From Octopus bimaculoides (lineage: Eukaryota), in assembly GCF_001194135.2 (NCBI RefSeq), contig NC_068986.1:96522003-96586002 (forward strand): a DNA stretch of 64,000 nucleotides. Reading direction: 5' to 3'. Shown piece by piece: positions 24,617-37,410 of this stretch (position 1 is its first letter; every line of letters begins with the position of its first letter). The notes under the pieces were generated by a model. It saw nothing but the letters and a program-made list of their open reading frames with translations, was not told the DNA's origin and searched no databases. The position numbers and the translations under genes are program-made.

Positions 24617-25200
24617 CAATTCTTTCTTCTATAGGCACAAGGCCTGAAATTTTGGAGAAGTGTGATAATCATGGACCCCAGTGCTCAACTGCTACTTATT
24701 TTATTGATACCAAAAGTATGAAAGGCATAATTGACCTTGTTGGAATTTGAAATCAGAACAAAAGCTTAAAGAAATGCTGCAAAGCATATTGTTTGGTGTG
24801 CTGCCAGCTTGTTGCCTAAATAATAATGATAATAATAATAATAATAATAATCCTTTCTGCTATAGGCACAAGGCCTGAAACTTTTGGGGAGAGGGCCAGT
24901 CGATTAGATTGACCCAGTATGCAGCTGGTACTTAATTTATCAACCCCAAAAGGATGAAAGGCAAAATCAGCCTCAGCAGAATTTGAGCTCAAAAACGTAG
25001 TGACAAGTGAAATACCGCTCAGCATTTCATCCAGTGTGCTAACGATTCTGCCAGCTCACCACCTTCACAACAATAATAATAATAATAATGTTTTCCGATG
25101 TAGGCACAATGCAAGAACTTGTGGAGGTGGGTTTACTTGATTACACTAACCCCAGCACTTGACTGGTACTTTATTTTGTCAATTTCCAAAGGATGAAAAT
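22880..25200 (-). mobile_element. Cluster of at least 8 head-to-tail S4 SINE copies separated by (AAT)n
   Basis: About 220-bp units at 22963, 23243, 23470, 23700, 23928 (partial), 24612, 24848, 25088 (partial); all in the same orientation, mutually diverged. Confidence 0.92.
24230..24563. mobile_element. Palindromic MITE with about 143-bp arms and a 48-bp spacer
   Basis: 24230-24372 is the reverse complement of 24421-24563 with only a few mismatches. Confidence 0.88.
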
Positions 25201-26444
25201 AATTGTTTTTAACATCGGTGCATGCCCTGAAACATTGGGGAGCAGTTACCCAATTAATCTGACTCCAATATATGACTGGTACATTTCAAGATAGTAGGGT
25301 GTAATTTAAGTGAGATTTGTTGCTATTTCAATGAAGTCAGGCTACCAAATAGAAGGCTTGTTCACTGGTTTGATGTCATGTCGTTGTTTGGTCCCATGTC
25401 AGGCTGTTTGAACAAACCTATGTTTATAGGAGTTCCAGCTATGACTACCTTATCTTTTATTTTTTCCAGACACATGTACCAAGGACTACACTATTTAATG
25501 AGCTCTTTCTTTTTTAAAGCTTTATGCAGTGATTTGAGGGAAATTTGGTTTCTATTTCTTGGAGGCTTAGCATTTGGTGGGATTTGAACCCAGAACATAA
25601 AGAGCCATTAGAAATACTGCTCTGATGATTCTATCAATCCATAGCTATAAGGTTCTTTGTAATATAAGTATAAAGCCTGAAATTTAGGGGAAGAGGTTCG
25701 TCAGTTGAATTGTCTCCAATACTTAATTGGTATTATATTTCATTGATCCCAGAGGATTTTAAGATAAAGTTGATGTTGGTGGGATTTCAACTCAGAAATG
25801 GTTAGTGATGCAACTAAATACCTCATGGGATTTTGATGGATGCTCTAACGATTCTGTCTGCTAATATCAGAAACAACAAAAACAAACTCCATAATAAAAA
25901 AAAAAAATCAGATATCTCTCTCCAAAAATACAATGGACATAAGTCAGAAACATGGGGTGCACCTGATGGGGCAATAGAAAATACATTGCATACAATGTGT
26001 CCCTGTTGAATCCCCCCCCCCCATATATCCTCCTAACACCCCTTTCCTCTTTCTGTCCACTCACTACATTCCACCTCTTCCTCCTCCTCCCATTCTCCTC
26101 TCAAAACTTCACTAACTTACCTACCCATTCATCTTATCCAATCCTTGGGTTCTGCTTCACATATATATACACCTCTTTGTAACCCTAACCCATCACATCT
26201 GCATCATCTCTCAACTTCTCTCCTTTCTCCCTCTCTCACTCTCTCCTGCTGAAGAAGCTGTGTATCACTTATTTTTGTCCCTCTCTTCATACCCTAGCCT
26301 CTCATCACCTGGCACAAAGTCATCTTCCTTGATACTACTACTCCCCACCTCAATTAAGGGCGGTCATATCTTGTAAGTTATTTGGTGACCTCGCTGCTGC
26401 TGGTGTCACATAAAAGCACCCAGTACACTCTATAAAGTGTACTG

Positions 26445-26552
26445 GATGATGTAGTCCTATGCTTTCGAAAAGGATGGGTTAGTCATGATTGGAATGCCTT
26501 TGATCACAGGTCTGCTGGGTAATTGTTGACTTGAGGCTAAATAACAAAACAA
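26445..26552 (+). mobile_element. Family H 3' end, opposite orientation
   Basis: gtcatgattggaatgcctttgatcacaggtctgct...gacttgaggctaaataacaaaac. Confidence 0.7.
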
Positions 26553-27258
26553 TAGCCTTCCCTACATTACTGTCAATATGGCAAAGTGATTTGCAACAGA
26601 TGCCAATTATCTCCCTTGAACAAAGATGGCCTGCATGGATCGATGTTCTCTGGACCTGAATTGTTTAATTTCTATTTCTTTTTATCTTCCTTCATCTGAT
26701 CCAATTTAATCTGATTTGATCCGATATGATTTGATACGATGAAGAGAGTGGTAGGTGGTGGCCAGGTTCTGCAGCTGTTTCTATTTATTCAATTCTGCCA
26801 ATGTCAGTGCTTGCCGTCGCTGCATCTTGCCTGCATAAATCTATTGATGTTGCTGTCGGTGTTGTTACTACTTGCATTCTCTGCCGACTGTCTGCCATGT
26901 CACTATTGCAGTATCATTGATGAGAGGGATGCTGTGATGTTAGAACTTCTTAACTGAACAGGACATCACTCAAGGAAATTGGTGTGCGTGTGTAGTTGTT
27001 GACTGAGCTGTGATTGCACTTAATGAACCTATCTTAAAACCACTCAGTCTCCCTCTCTCTTTCCTTCTTTCTTTCTTTCTTTCTCCCTCTCTGTCTATCT
27101 ATCTGCATCTCCCTTCTACTTCTCTTCCTTCCTGCCTTCCTTTCATATTAAGCTTTACATCCAATTATCTGGTCTATTTGTCTGACCTATGTATCCAGTC
27201 TATTTGATCTTTAACTAATGTATAGAATATCTCTCTAGTCTACCTTGACAATCTAGCT

Positions 27259-27495
27259 CAGTGTTTCTTAACCCTTTTTTTTTTTTTACCTATGAACCCC
27301 TTTGATTCTTATTTTACTCTACTGGACCCCCATAACCATTTGATTTTTAAAATCTCATTTTCATAATGAAATATTATTAGTTGTATTAAAAGAATGTTGA
27401 AATATTTTGTGTTGTATAAGTTTTACCAATTTATTGCACATAATTTTTAGCAACAAAATCTTACATGGACCCCGGTTGAGAAATGAGAAACACTG
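27259..27495. mobile_element. hAT/Charlie-like MITE
   Basis: TIR CAGTGTTTCT..AGAAACACTG; 8-bp flanks atctagct / ttgtaact (5 of 8 match); related fragments at 43725 and 57871. Confidence 0.75.
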
Positions 27496-27624
27496 TTGTA
27501 ACTGTCTATGTATCTTAACTAATTATTGATATATCTTATCTGATAACCCATCTAGTTTTTATCCCTTATTGTTCCATTTTGCATACTTTATCTCTTTCTT
27601 TCTAACAACCCCAGTCCCCTCCTT

Positions 27625-27858
27625 CCTCTATCTGCCCCTCTCTCTCTCTGTCTCTCTCTTCCTCTATCTGTCTCTCTCTTCCTCTATCTGTCTCTCTCTT
27701 CCTCTATCTGTCTCTCTCTTCCTCTATCTGTCTCTCTCTTCCTCTATCTGTCTCTCTCTTCCTCTATCTGTCTCTCTCTTCCTCTATCTGTCTCTCTCTT
27801 CCTCTATCTGTCTCTCTCTTCCTCTATCTGTCTCTCTCTTCCTCTATCTGTCTCTCTC
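27625..27858. repeat. 20-bp minisatellite (cctctatctgtctctctctt), about 10 copies
   Basis: Perfect period of 20 across 27661-27858. Confidence 0.97.
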
Positions 27859-28203
27859 ACAAACACGTACACTTGATCCATACTGAAACTTCTCAGCAGT
27901 TTATATTCCAGTGGATCTCAAAACATCACTATAGTTCTTTTTTCTGCTGGACACTTTCAAAATCTTTAACTCTTGTTACTGCATTCATCTCAAAACCACA
28001 TGGCACTTCTCTCCTCCAATGGATAACTACCTTCATCGGATTCATTAAAAATTTTACTATAAGTTTGTTTATCACTGGTTCATTTTAAACCGCTTAAGTA
28101 ACTTCCTGTTGCAGGATCTATCCCACTTAGTTTGCAATCTGTTTGCATATCTGCTTCTTTGTCTATCTATCTATCTAGTTAACTACCTTACAAGATAATT
28201 TTC

Positions 28204-28565
<362 letters not shown>

Positions 28566-29753
28566 CTAGCTACCTAGTTAGCTAGTCATCTATCTATTCT
28601 CCATCCATCCATTTCCATGTGTGTGACTTTGTCTTTCTGATCATCTGCATATATGTACATCTTGCGTAATTTTACTCTACTTTTACGTATCCCGTACACT
28701 GAGTGTGTTCTCTACATCAGGCCATGTGAGACATAAACTGTTAATAACACTACAACAATTCCATCAATGGCAACCCATCTAAATTACATATGATTTCTGC
28801 TCTTTATTCCTTTCAGTTTTGTATTTTGTGTTTCTACTTTGGATTACAGAAACCTCCCCAGTACTTCTATCATTTTTCAAAATTGTTTTGAATTGGTTAT
28901 TTGAAAGAGGTTTCTTTCATCACTTATTAATAAATCCTCCTCCTCCTCCTCCTCCTCCATCCCCTCCATCTCCTCCATCCCCTCCTNNNNNNNNNNNNNN
29001 NNNNNNNNNNNNNNNNNNNNNNNNNNNNNNNNNNNNNNNNNNNNNNNNNNNNNNNNNNNNNNNNNNNNNNNNNNNNNNNNNNNNNNNNNNNNNNNNNNNN
29101 NNNNNNNNNNNNNNNNNNNNNNNNNNNNNNNNNNNNNNNNNNNNNNNNNNNNNNNNNNNNNNNNNNNNNNNNNNNNNNNNNNNNNNNNNNNNNNNNNNNN
29201 NNNNNNNNNNNNNNNNNNNNNNNNNNNNNNNNNNNNNNNNNNNNNNNNNNNNNNNNNNNNNNNNNNNNNNNNNNNNNNNNNNNNNNNNNNNNNNNNNNNN
29301 NNNNNNNNNNNNNNNNNNNNNNNNNNNNNNNNNNNNNNNNNNNNNNNNNNNNNNNNNNNNNNNNNNNNNNNNNNNNNNNNNNNNNNNNNNNNNNNNNNNN
29401 NNNNNNNNNNNNNNNNNNNNNNNNNNNNNNNNNNNNNNNNNNNNNNNNNNNNNNNNNNNNNNNNNNNNNNNNNNNNNNNNNNNNNNNNNNNNNNNNNNNN
29501 NNNNNNNNNNNNNNNNNNNNNNNNNNNNNNNNNNNNNNNNNNNNNNNNNNNNNNNNNNNNNNNNNNNNNNNNNNNNNNNNNNNNNNNNNNNNNNNNNNNN
29601 NNNNNNNNNNNNNNNNNNNNNNNNNNNNNNNNNNNNNNNNNNNNNNNNNNNNNNNNNNNNNNNNNNNNNNNNNNNNNNNNNNNNNNNNNNNNNNNNNNNN
29701 NNNNNNNNNNNNNNNNNNNNNNNNNNNNNNNNNNNNNNNNNNNNNNNNNNNNN

Positions 29754-30090
29754 CTTTGCTTTTCATTCTTTCGGGGTCAATAAATTAAGTACCAGTTATG
29801 CACTAGGGTTGATGTAATCGACTTAATCCCTTTGTTTGTCCTTGTTTGTCCCCTCTATGTTTAGCCCCTTGTGGGCAATAAAGAAATAAGAAACGTTAGC
29901 ACGCCAGGCGAAATGCTTAGCGGTATTTCGTCTGTCTTTACATTCTGAGTTCAAATTCCACCAAGGTCGACTATGCCTTTCATCCCTTCGGAGTTGATAA
30001 ATTAAGTACCTGTTGCGTAATGGGGTTGATCTAATTGACTGGCCCTCTCCCTACAAATTTCAAGCCTTGTGCCTAGAGTAGAAAAGAATA
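29754..30090 (+). mobile_element. Two S4 SINE copies, young
   Basis: ctttgcttttcattctttcggggtcaataaattaagtaccag; then gttagcacgccaggcgaaatgcttagcggtatttcgtc..gagttcaaattcc. Confidence 0.85.
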
Positions 30091-30124
30091 CAGCAATATC
30101 ACAATAACACCAGTATTCTTTAAT

Positions 30125-30432
30125 TTATTTACTTGCTTTAGTCACTGGGAAGTGGCCATACTGGGGCACTGTCTTGAAAGGTTATAGTCAATAACATTAA
30201 CCCTAGTATTTATTTTTAAGTTTGGCAGTTATCATTGATCTCATTGATCTGCTGCAACGTTACAGGACAAAATCAAAGACTCATAAAAACACATACACAT
30301 AACTGATGAGCTTCAGTACAATTTCTATCTATCAGTTTAACTGACAAGACATTGGTCAACCTTGTAATGCAATTGAACCCGAAACCATGTAGTTGTGAAG
30401 TAAACTTTTTAACCACATGGCCATGCCTGCAC
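30125..30432 (-). mobile_element. Old full-length S1 SINE
   Basis: Both halves present: acttgctttagtcact..ggccatactggggcac and gaacccgaaaccatgtagttg..accacatggcc. Confidence 0.65.
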
Positions 30433-31914
30433 TTGTATTGGAACAACTCTGTGTGTGTGTGTGTGTGTATTACAACAACTGTAACAATAGTAATATTACA
30501 ATTACATCAATACTATAACAGTAATATTACAATAACCATAATATTATATCAGTAATAATAGCAATGTTACATCAGTAATATCTCAGCCACAGCAATATCA
30601 CAACATCAATAATATCTCAAACTCAGTCATATCACAACTGTAATATTGCTGTAATATCACTTGGAAAAATAAAAGTAACATCATTATCAATAAAACAACA
30701 TTATTATCCTAACATTATCTTAATAGCATAATTATCGCAACATAATTATTATATCTGTAACATAATAGTTACAGCTGTAACTACAACAACATTGATACCA
30801 CTTGCTACTCTACTACCACTATCACTACCATTACCACCGTTGCTTCTATAACTACCACTATCACAGGTAAATCACACCACTACCACAACCTATACTATTA
30901 TCACTACCACCACCACAACCACCCAAGATGTAATGTGCAGCGGAGTGGTGTTAGTTTCTGTCATGTAATACTGATAGTACTGAGACTGCTTTATCAACCA
31001 GCTTTCCCACCACTACTACTACCACCACCACCACCACCTCCACCACCACTAATACCATCACCATCACCATCACAACTACCACTGCCATCACCACAACTGG
31101 TGTCACAACCACTACCACTACTCTCATCACCAACGCCACTGCTGCCACCACCTCCACCACTGCCACCACCTCCACCACTGCCACCACTACCACTCATGCC
31201 GCTTCCTTCCTGCTCCTCCTCCTGCTCCTCCTGCTGCATTTCAGTGCAACTGAGAGATGCTTTCTTCAGGTGCAGCAGCTACCTCAGACATATTTGCAGC
31301 ACCAGTTACACCGGGCTGCCTCATTGTCATAGTTATAGTGGTAGTAGTGCATATTATAAGGTGATGGGGCTTGTAGTGGTGTATGACATGTGTTGGTGGT
31401 GGTGGTAGTGGTGGTGGTATATGGCAATGTATGGTAGTGGTGGTGGTGGTGGTGGTCGATTATGGTGGTGGTGGCTGTGATGGTTGCGGTTATAGTGATA
31501 TATGTCTTGATGATTGTAACAGTTGTGTTGGTGGTGGTTCTAGTGGTGCATGTGGTGATGGTGGTGGTGGTAGTTATAGTAGTTAGTGGTATATGGTATT
31601 GGTGGTTGTGTCAGTAGTGGTTATAGTAGTATAGCTGTGATTGTAGTAGTGGATTAATAATAGTTATTGTTGCGTATGGTGGTGGTGTTTGTGTTGATTG
31701 TAATTGTAGTGGTGGTGGTGGTGGTTGTTATAATGGTATATGATTTGTAGTGGTGGTTCTAGGGAATGTGGTAATAGTGGATTTTGATGGTACATGTGGT
31801 AGTATAATAATAATTGCTCTACTAATAATATATAGTTGTGATTGTGGTCTTAGTGATGTATGCTATGTAGTAATGGTAGCAGTAATGGTAGCAGTAATGG
31901 TATGGCTGTGGCTG

Positions 31915-32111
31915 TTTAACCCTAAGTCAGCCATGATCAAGCAGACCTTATTGATCCAAATACACTCCAGCTGTGACCATCTTGACTATATTTGTAAACA
32001 GTGTATATAAGACCACATTATCCAATGTGGCTATCCTGTATCAACCCAGTAAGTTGTGTTTTAAGGGACATTTGGCTGCTATTTCTAATTTGTTGATTGA
32101 TCATGTAGACT
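31915..32111 (-). mobile_element. Family H copy
   Basis: gtttaaccctaagtcagccatgatcaagcagacc...catttggctgctatttcta. Confidence 0.75.
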
Positions 32112-33149
32112 NNNNNNNNNNNNNNNNNNNNNNNNNNNNNNNNNNNNNNNNNNNNNNNNNNNNNNNNNNNNNNNNNNNNNNNNNNNNNNNNNNNNNNNNN
32201 NNNNNNNNNNNNNNNNNNNNNNNNNNNNNNTTTTAAGGGACATTTGGCTGCTATTTCTAATTTGTTGATTGATCATGTAGACTCTTCCTTGCTGGCTTCT
32301 GGTGCATAGTGTAGTAGTGATGATGGTATATTGTGGTGATGGGGTGATGGGTACAGTGGTGAATGGTATGTAGTTATGGTAACAGTGGTATGTGGTGGTG
32401 GTTACAGTGGTGAATGGTATTTAGCAGTGGTTCTCGTGGTGTATGGAGTGATAATCATAAATAGTGTATGGGATATCATGGTAGTGGTTCTGGTGTATGG
32501 GATGTGGTGGTAGTGTTGGTAGTGGTTACAGTGTCATGGTATGCAATAGTAGTTACTCTGTGGTATGGGACATAGTAGTGTTGGTTGTAAGATGAAGATG
32601 ACAAAACTTGTGGGATTGTGGTGATTGTGGCAATAGGGTGATTGTAGTGGTTGTAATAGGATGGTGGTGACAGTGGTAATAGGATCATAATGGTGGTGGT
32701 GGTGGTGGTGGTGGTGGTGATGGTGGTGGTAATAGGATAATTGTGATGGGAGTAATAGGATGACAGTGACGGCCATAGTAGAATGGTGGGGATAGTAGTA
32801 GTAGGATGGTGGTGGTGGTGGTGGTGGTGGTGGTAATAGTAGTAGTAGTGGTAGCTTGAGGATGGTGTGGTGGTTATAGTATAAGTTGCTATGACATCAT
32901 ACACAGTGTTGACTGTCTTGTTTGATGTTGTTTCCTTAACTCTTGCACTATGGAGAAGAAATAACCAACAATGCTGGTTGTGTTGCACAAATATGTTTAC
33001 AACAAACTCATCAATTGATTCAAACACAAAGGATCTATATATGGCTCCTCGACTTGCTAGAAATAGCTGTCAATCTCAATCGAATTACACCTTACTGTCT
33101 TAGTAATAGAGGACATTGATCCTAGGTACACAGAATGGTTTCACGCACA

Positions 33150-33196
<47 letters not shown>

Positions 33197-34249
33197 NNNN
33201 NNNNNNNNNNNNNNNNNNNNNNNNNNNNNNNNNNNNNNNNNNNNNNNNNNNNNNNNNNNNNNNNNNNNNNNNNNNNNNNNNNNNNNNNNNNNNNNNNNNN
33301 NNNNNNNNNNNNNNNNNNNNNNNNNNNNNNNNNNNNNNNNNNNNNNNNNNNNNNNNNNNNNNNNNNNNNNNNNNNNNNNNNNNNNNNNNNNNNNNNNNNN
33401 NNNNNNNNNNNNNNNNNNNNNNNNNNNNNNNNNNNNNNNNNNNNNNNNNNNNNNNNNNNNNNNNNNNNNNNNNNNNNNNNNNNNNNNNNNNNNNNNNNNN
33501 NNNNNNNNNNNNNNNNNNNNNNNNNNNNNNNNNNNNNNNNNNNNNNNNNNNNNNNNNNNNNNNNNNNNNNNNNNNNNNNNNNNNNNNNNNNNNNNNNNNN
33601 NNNNNNNNNNNNNNNNNNNNNNNNNNNNNNNNNNNNNNNNNNNNNNNNNNNNNNNNNNNNNNNNNNNNNNNNNNNNNNNNNNNNNNNNNNNNNNNNNNNN
33701 NNNNNNNNNNNNNNNNNNNNNNNNNNNNNNNNNNNNNNNNNNNNNNNNNNNNNNNNNNNNNNNNNNNNNNNNNNNNNNNNNNNNNNNNNNNNNNNNNNNN
33801 NNNNNNNNNNNNNNNNNNNNNNNNNNNNNNNNNNNNNNNNNNNNNNNNNNNNNNNNNNNNNNNNNNNNNNNNNNNNNNNNNNNNNNNNNNNNNNNNNNNN
33901 NGGATTTAACGAATCTTACCGATTGTCTATTCCTCTTCAGCCTGATTTGTAATGTAACCGTAATCATCAGAATCGTATACAAAGTTGCCCACCGCCATGG
34001 GTGCGCGTGTATATGGTTCTGCTAATTACAGCTTTAGCACATTAATTGTCCACGTTAGTGGTCAACGTTATATCTATCTATCTATCTAGATAGATAGATA
34101 GATACATATGTATATATATGTGCAGATGTGTGTGTATATATATATGTATGTATGTACTCTATAGAGTACATAATCTTAGTGGGGTATTTTTCACAGACAG
34201 TGCTCAACAGATATAAAAGTACAGTAGGTTGTGATTTGACTGAGATTTG

Positions 34250-34383
34250 GGGCTGTTTGCTTCCCAACCACTTGGTTCCAAGTCCAGTCTTACTGTATGG
34301 TATCCTGGATAAGCGTCTTCTACTGCCGTAGGCTGACCAAAGCTTTGTGAGTAGATTTTGTTGATGGAAATTGAAAGAAGCCC

Positions 34384-34385
<2 letters not shown>
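34250..34385 (+). mobile_element. S1 SINE head running into a (TA)n gap
   Basis: cccaaccacttggttcc...ggctgaccaaagctttgtgagtagattttgttgatggaaattgaaagaagccc. Confidence 0.8.
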
Positions 34386-34420
<35 letters not shown>

Positions 34421-35119
34421 NNNNNNNNNNNNNNNNNNNNNNNNNNNNNNNNNNNNNNNNNNNNNNNNNNNNNNNNNNNNNNNNNNNNNNNNNNNNNNNN
34501 NNNNNNNNNNNNNNNNNNNNNNNNNNNNNNNNNNNNNNNNNNNNNNNNNNNNNNNNNNNNNNNNNNNNNNNNNNNNNNNNNNNNNNNNNNNNNNNNNNNN
34601 NNNNNNNNNNNNNNNNNNNNNNNNNNNNNNNNNNNNNNNNNNNNNNNNNNNNNNNNNNNNNNNNNNNNNNNNNNNNNCTTACATCTTCATTATGTTGTGA
34701 TTTGGCAAATGAGATCAATAAATAAGGCTTAAAAAAACCCATAAATAATGGAGCTGATTCATTCAACTAAAATTCTTCAAGGCTGCAAGTAAATAGTAAA
34801 AAGCAAGGAAAAACATACTTACCTTAACTTGTAGCAGGTCTTCCACTAAAGACTGCTTTGTTTTAAGAAGTATATTTCTTATTAGTCAGGTGTTGTAAAA
34901 CACAGAATTGCTTTTTGATCAGTCGCCATGGAGATTGGATATAAATTATCTAAAAATAAGAAAAAAGAAAATTGAAATATACTTCCTCTCCCTGAACACT
35001 TTTGTACCTAACTGAATGAAACTGTTTTACAAGAAACAAGCACAAGAATTTGGCGAATGGAAATTGTTGATGATAATGACCTCAGTCCTTGAATGGTATT
35101 TTATTTATATATACATATT

Positions 35120-35285
35120 GATATGGCTGTATGGTTAAAAAGCTTACTTCCCAACCACATAGTTTCAGATTAAGTCTTGCTGCGTAGCAATTTGGGCAAG
35201 TGTCTTGTACTATAACCCTGAACCAACTAAAGCCTTGCAAGTGAATTCTGTAGATGAAAACTGAAAGAATCCAATTGTGTGCGTG
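35120..35285 (+). mobile_element. S1 SINE head
   Basis: atggctgtatggttaaaaagcttacttcccaaccac...gggcaagtgtcttgtactataacc. Confidence 0.8.
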
Positions 35286-35743
35286 TGTGTTTAAAAAAAT
35301 TTTTTTGCTGCTTTTATGGTTTCCCATAACACTCTGTCACCATCTAATTCTATTATTATGAAGTTGAATTGGGAGCTTGAGTCATAGTGAATTGTTCATT
35401 GGCTGATTCACAATCAGGGATGCCACCCCTATGGATTGTTGCAGTTACTCTCTTGATAAATCGGTGATCCTGACTGTTGATTTTCTAGGATTCCTCAACT
35501 CAGAATCAATGTAGGAAGCACTGTTGGCTCATTTGAACTCTTCCACTACCATAATCTTCCACATTGCAGTCCCATAACTTTCCTATATCCCTGGCAGGGT
35601 GGCCGAACGGGTGCTATGCCTTGCCAAAAGGCAGCCCATAGCTATGTAGGGCACAGTCATCATATATATATATATATATGTGACCGTGTGTGTATTGTTG
35701 GCAATTTTCTTTCTCTGTCTTCCCTTCTTTGGACTTTTTCTAT

Positions 35744-35778
35744 ATTTCTGATGAAGAGCTCCGCTCAAAACGTGAAAT
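35744..35778 (+). ncRNA. Minimal type I hammerhead motif, degenerate
   Basis: AUUU-CUGAUGA-A-GAGC(UCC)GCUC-aAAA-CGU-g-AAAU; G12 reads A (CpG-decay-like) and position 17 is G, so probably inactive. Confidence 0.6.
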
Positions 35779-35877
35779 CCTCTTTCTTTTCTTTCTTTTC
35801 CTGAGTGTCCAATAACACAGTACTTGTTCCATGTCCTCATGTTGTTGTTTTTTCTTACTTGTTCTTGTTTGGATTGA

Positions 35878-35912
<35 letters not shown>

Positions 35913-35949
35913 TTTGTATGTGTGTATGTGTTGTATTTTGTGTGTGTAT

Positions 35950-36180
35950 CTGTCACCCCTTGTCTTGACATCACATGAGGAGTGTCACCCTGATACAAGT
36001 GGTGTTGTTTGTTTGCAATCTTCCATGAGAAGTGTGTGTCTGGTTAAGGGGAAATTTTCCTAGTTTGGAAACAGGTAAGAGTTGATGACAGGAAGAGCAC
36101 CCAACTGTAGAAAATCTCTCTTAACAAATCCCGTCTGATCCATTCAATCATGGGAACATGGACTTTAAAACAATGATAAT
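35950..36180 (+). mobile_element. Short element with an RTE-like 3' tail (second subtype)
   Basis: cttgtcttgacatc...ggaaacaggtaagagttgatgacaggaagagcac..aaaacaatgataat; related copies at 58675 and 59640. Confidence 0.65.
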
Positions 36181-36279
36181 AATTATGCTACTGCTGCTAC
36201 CACCAACAATTTCTTTTGAACTCAGAACTTTAATGAAAGAAAATTTTGTTATTCAGCAGTCTTCATCTTTTAATAACAA

Positions 36280-36660
36280 TTTATAACTTTAGCACAAGGC
36301 TACAGATTTAATAGAGGAAGGTATAATCAATAAAATTGAGTCCAATACATGACTAATACACATCTTATTGATTCAAAAAGCAAATTCCGCTCTGGCAGAT
36401 TTGAACTCAAAATATAAAGGGTATTTTAACCATTGCTCTCACATCAATTCTGTTATGCCACTATTTTTCGATAATAATGGCTTCTAACTTTGACACAAGC
36501 TTCCAGATTTGGTGAGGAAGGGGTTCAGTTGATTAAATCGAGTACCATACTTGACTGATACTTATTTTACAAGATGAAAGGCAAAGTCAAACTCCAGTGA
36601 GACATAATAAAATTGCTGCAAGACATTCAATCCAGCTGCTCTATCAAATCTGCCATTCAT
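36280..36660 (-). mobile_element. Two old S4-type SINE copies
   Basis: gcacaaggc..gatttgaactcaaaatataaag and gacacaagc..gatgaaaggcaaagtcaa. Confidence 0.6.
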
Positions 36661-37096
36661 CTCCTTCATACCTCACCCTGCTATGTATGATATTTCTTTT
36701 GTCAAAAGCCATCCTCTCACAGCAAAGGTGAAAAGCAATTCTGACCTCTCATCTCACATTCCGGCTGGATTGCTATTTCATTGCTATTATTGTCTTGTCA
36801 TCATAGAAGTTTAGTGTCTGGTGTCGTCCATATGTCTGTATATCCTGTCTGCTATGTATGTATTCTCATGTGTATCGGGTTCTGTGTGTCTTTGTGATGT
36901 TTACATTATATGTATGTATGTATATCTGTACATGTTGTGTTCTTATATATGTGTGTTGTTTCTATTTTTGTAATGTGTATGAGAGTTACTATTTTTATGG
37001 GATTTGAGATATTTCTATGGTGTGTTCTGATGTCTGAATTTGATTATGTTTTATCATGTAATATGCAAAATATGTGTGTATGTATATGTATATATA

Positions 37097-37136
<40 letters not shown>

Positions 37137-37255
37137 ATATATATGTATGTATTTATGTATTGGATGCATACACATATTATGAAACTAAATAATGACTATA
37201 AATTATTTTATATATATGTGGTATATGTGTAGGTATATGTATGTATGTATGTATG

Positions 37256-37289
<34 letters not shown>

Positions 37290-37364
37290 TCTATGTATGT
37301 ATGTATGTATGTATCTATCTATCTATCTATCTAGGTAAATTAAAATTTAGAGGTNNNNNNNNNN

Positions 37365-37410
<46 letters not shown>

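Noticed and set aside
22880-25200. Repeat-spacer appearance of the AAT-separated cluster
   Set aside because: The long parts are homologous SINE copies and the separators are microsatellite, the inverse of CRISPR architecture.
26179-26192. taaccctaaccc as an interstitial telomere
   Set aside because: Only two units; expected by chance in 64 kb.
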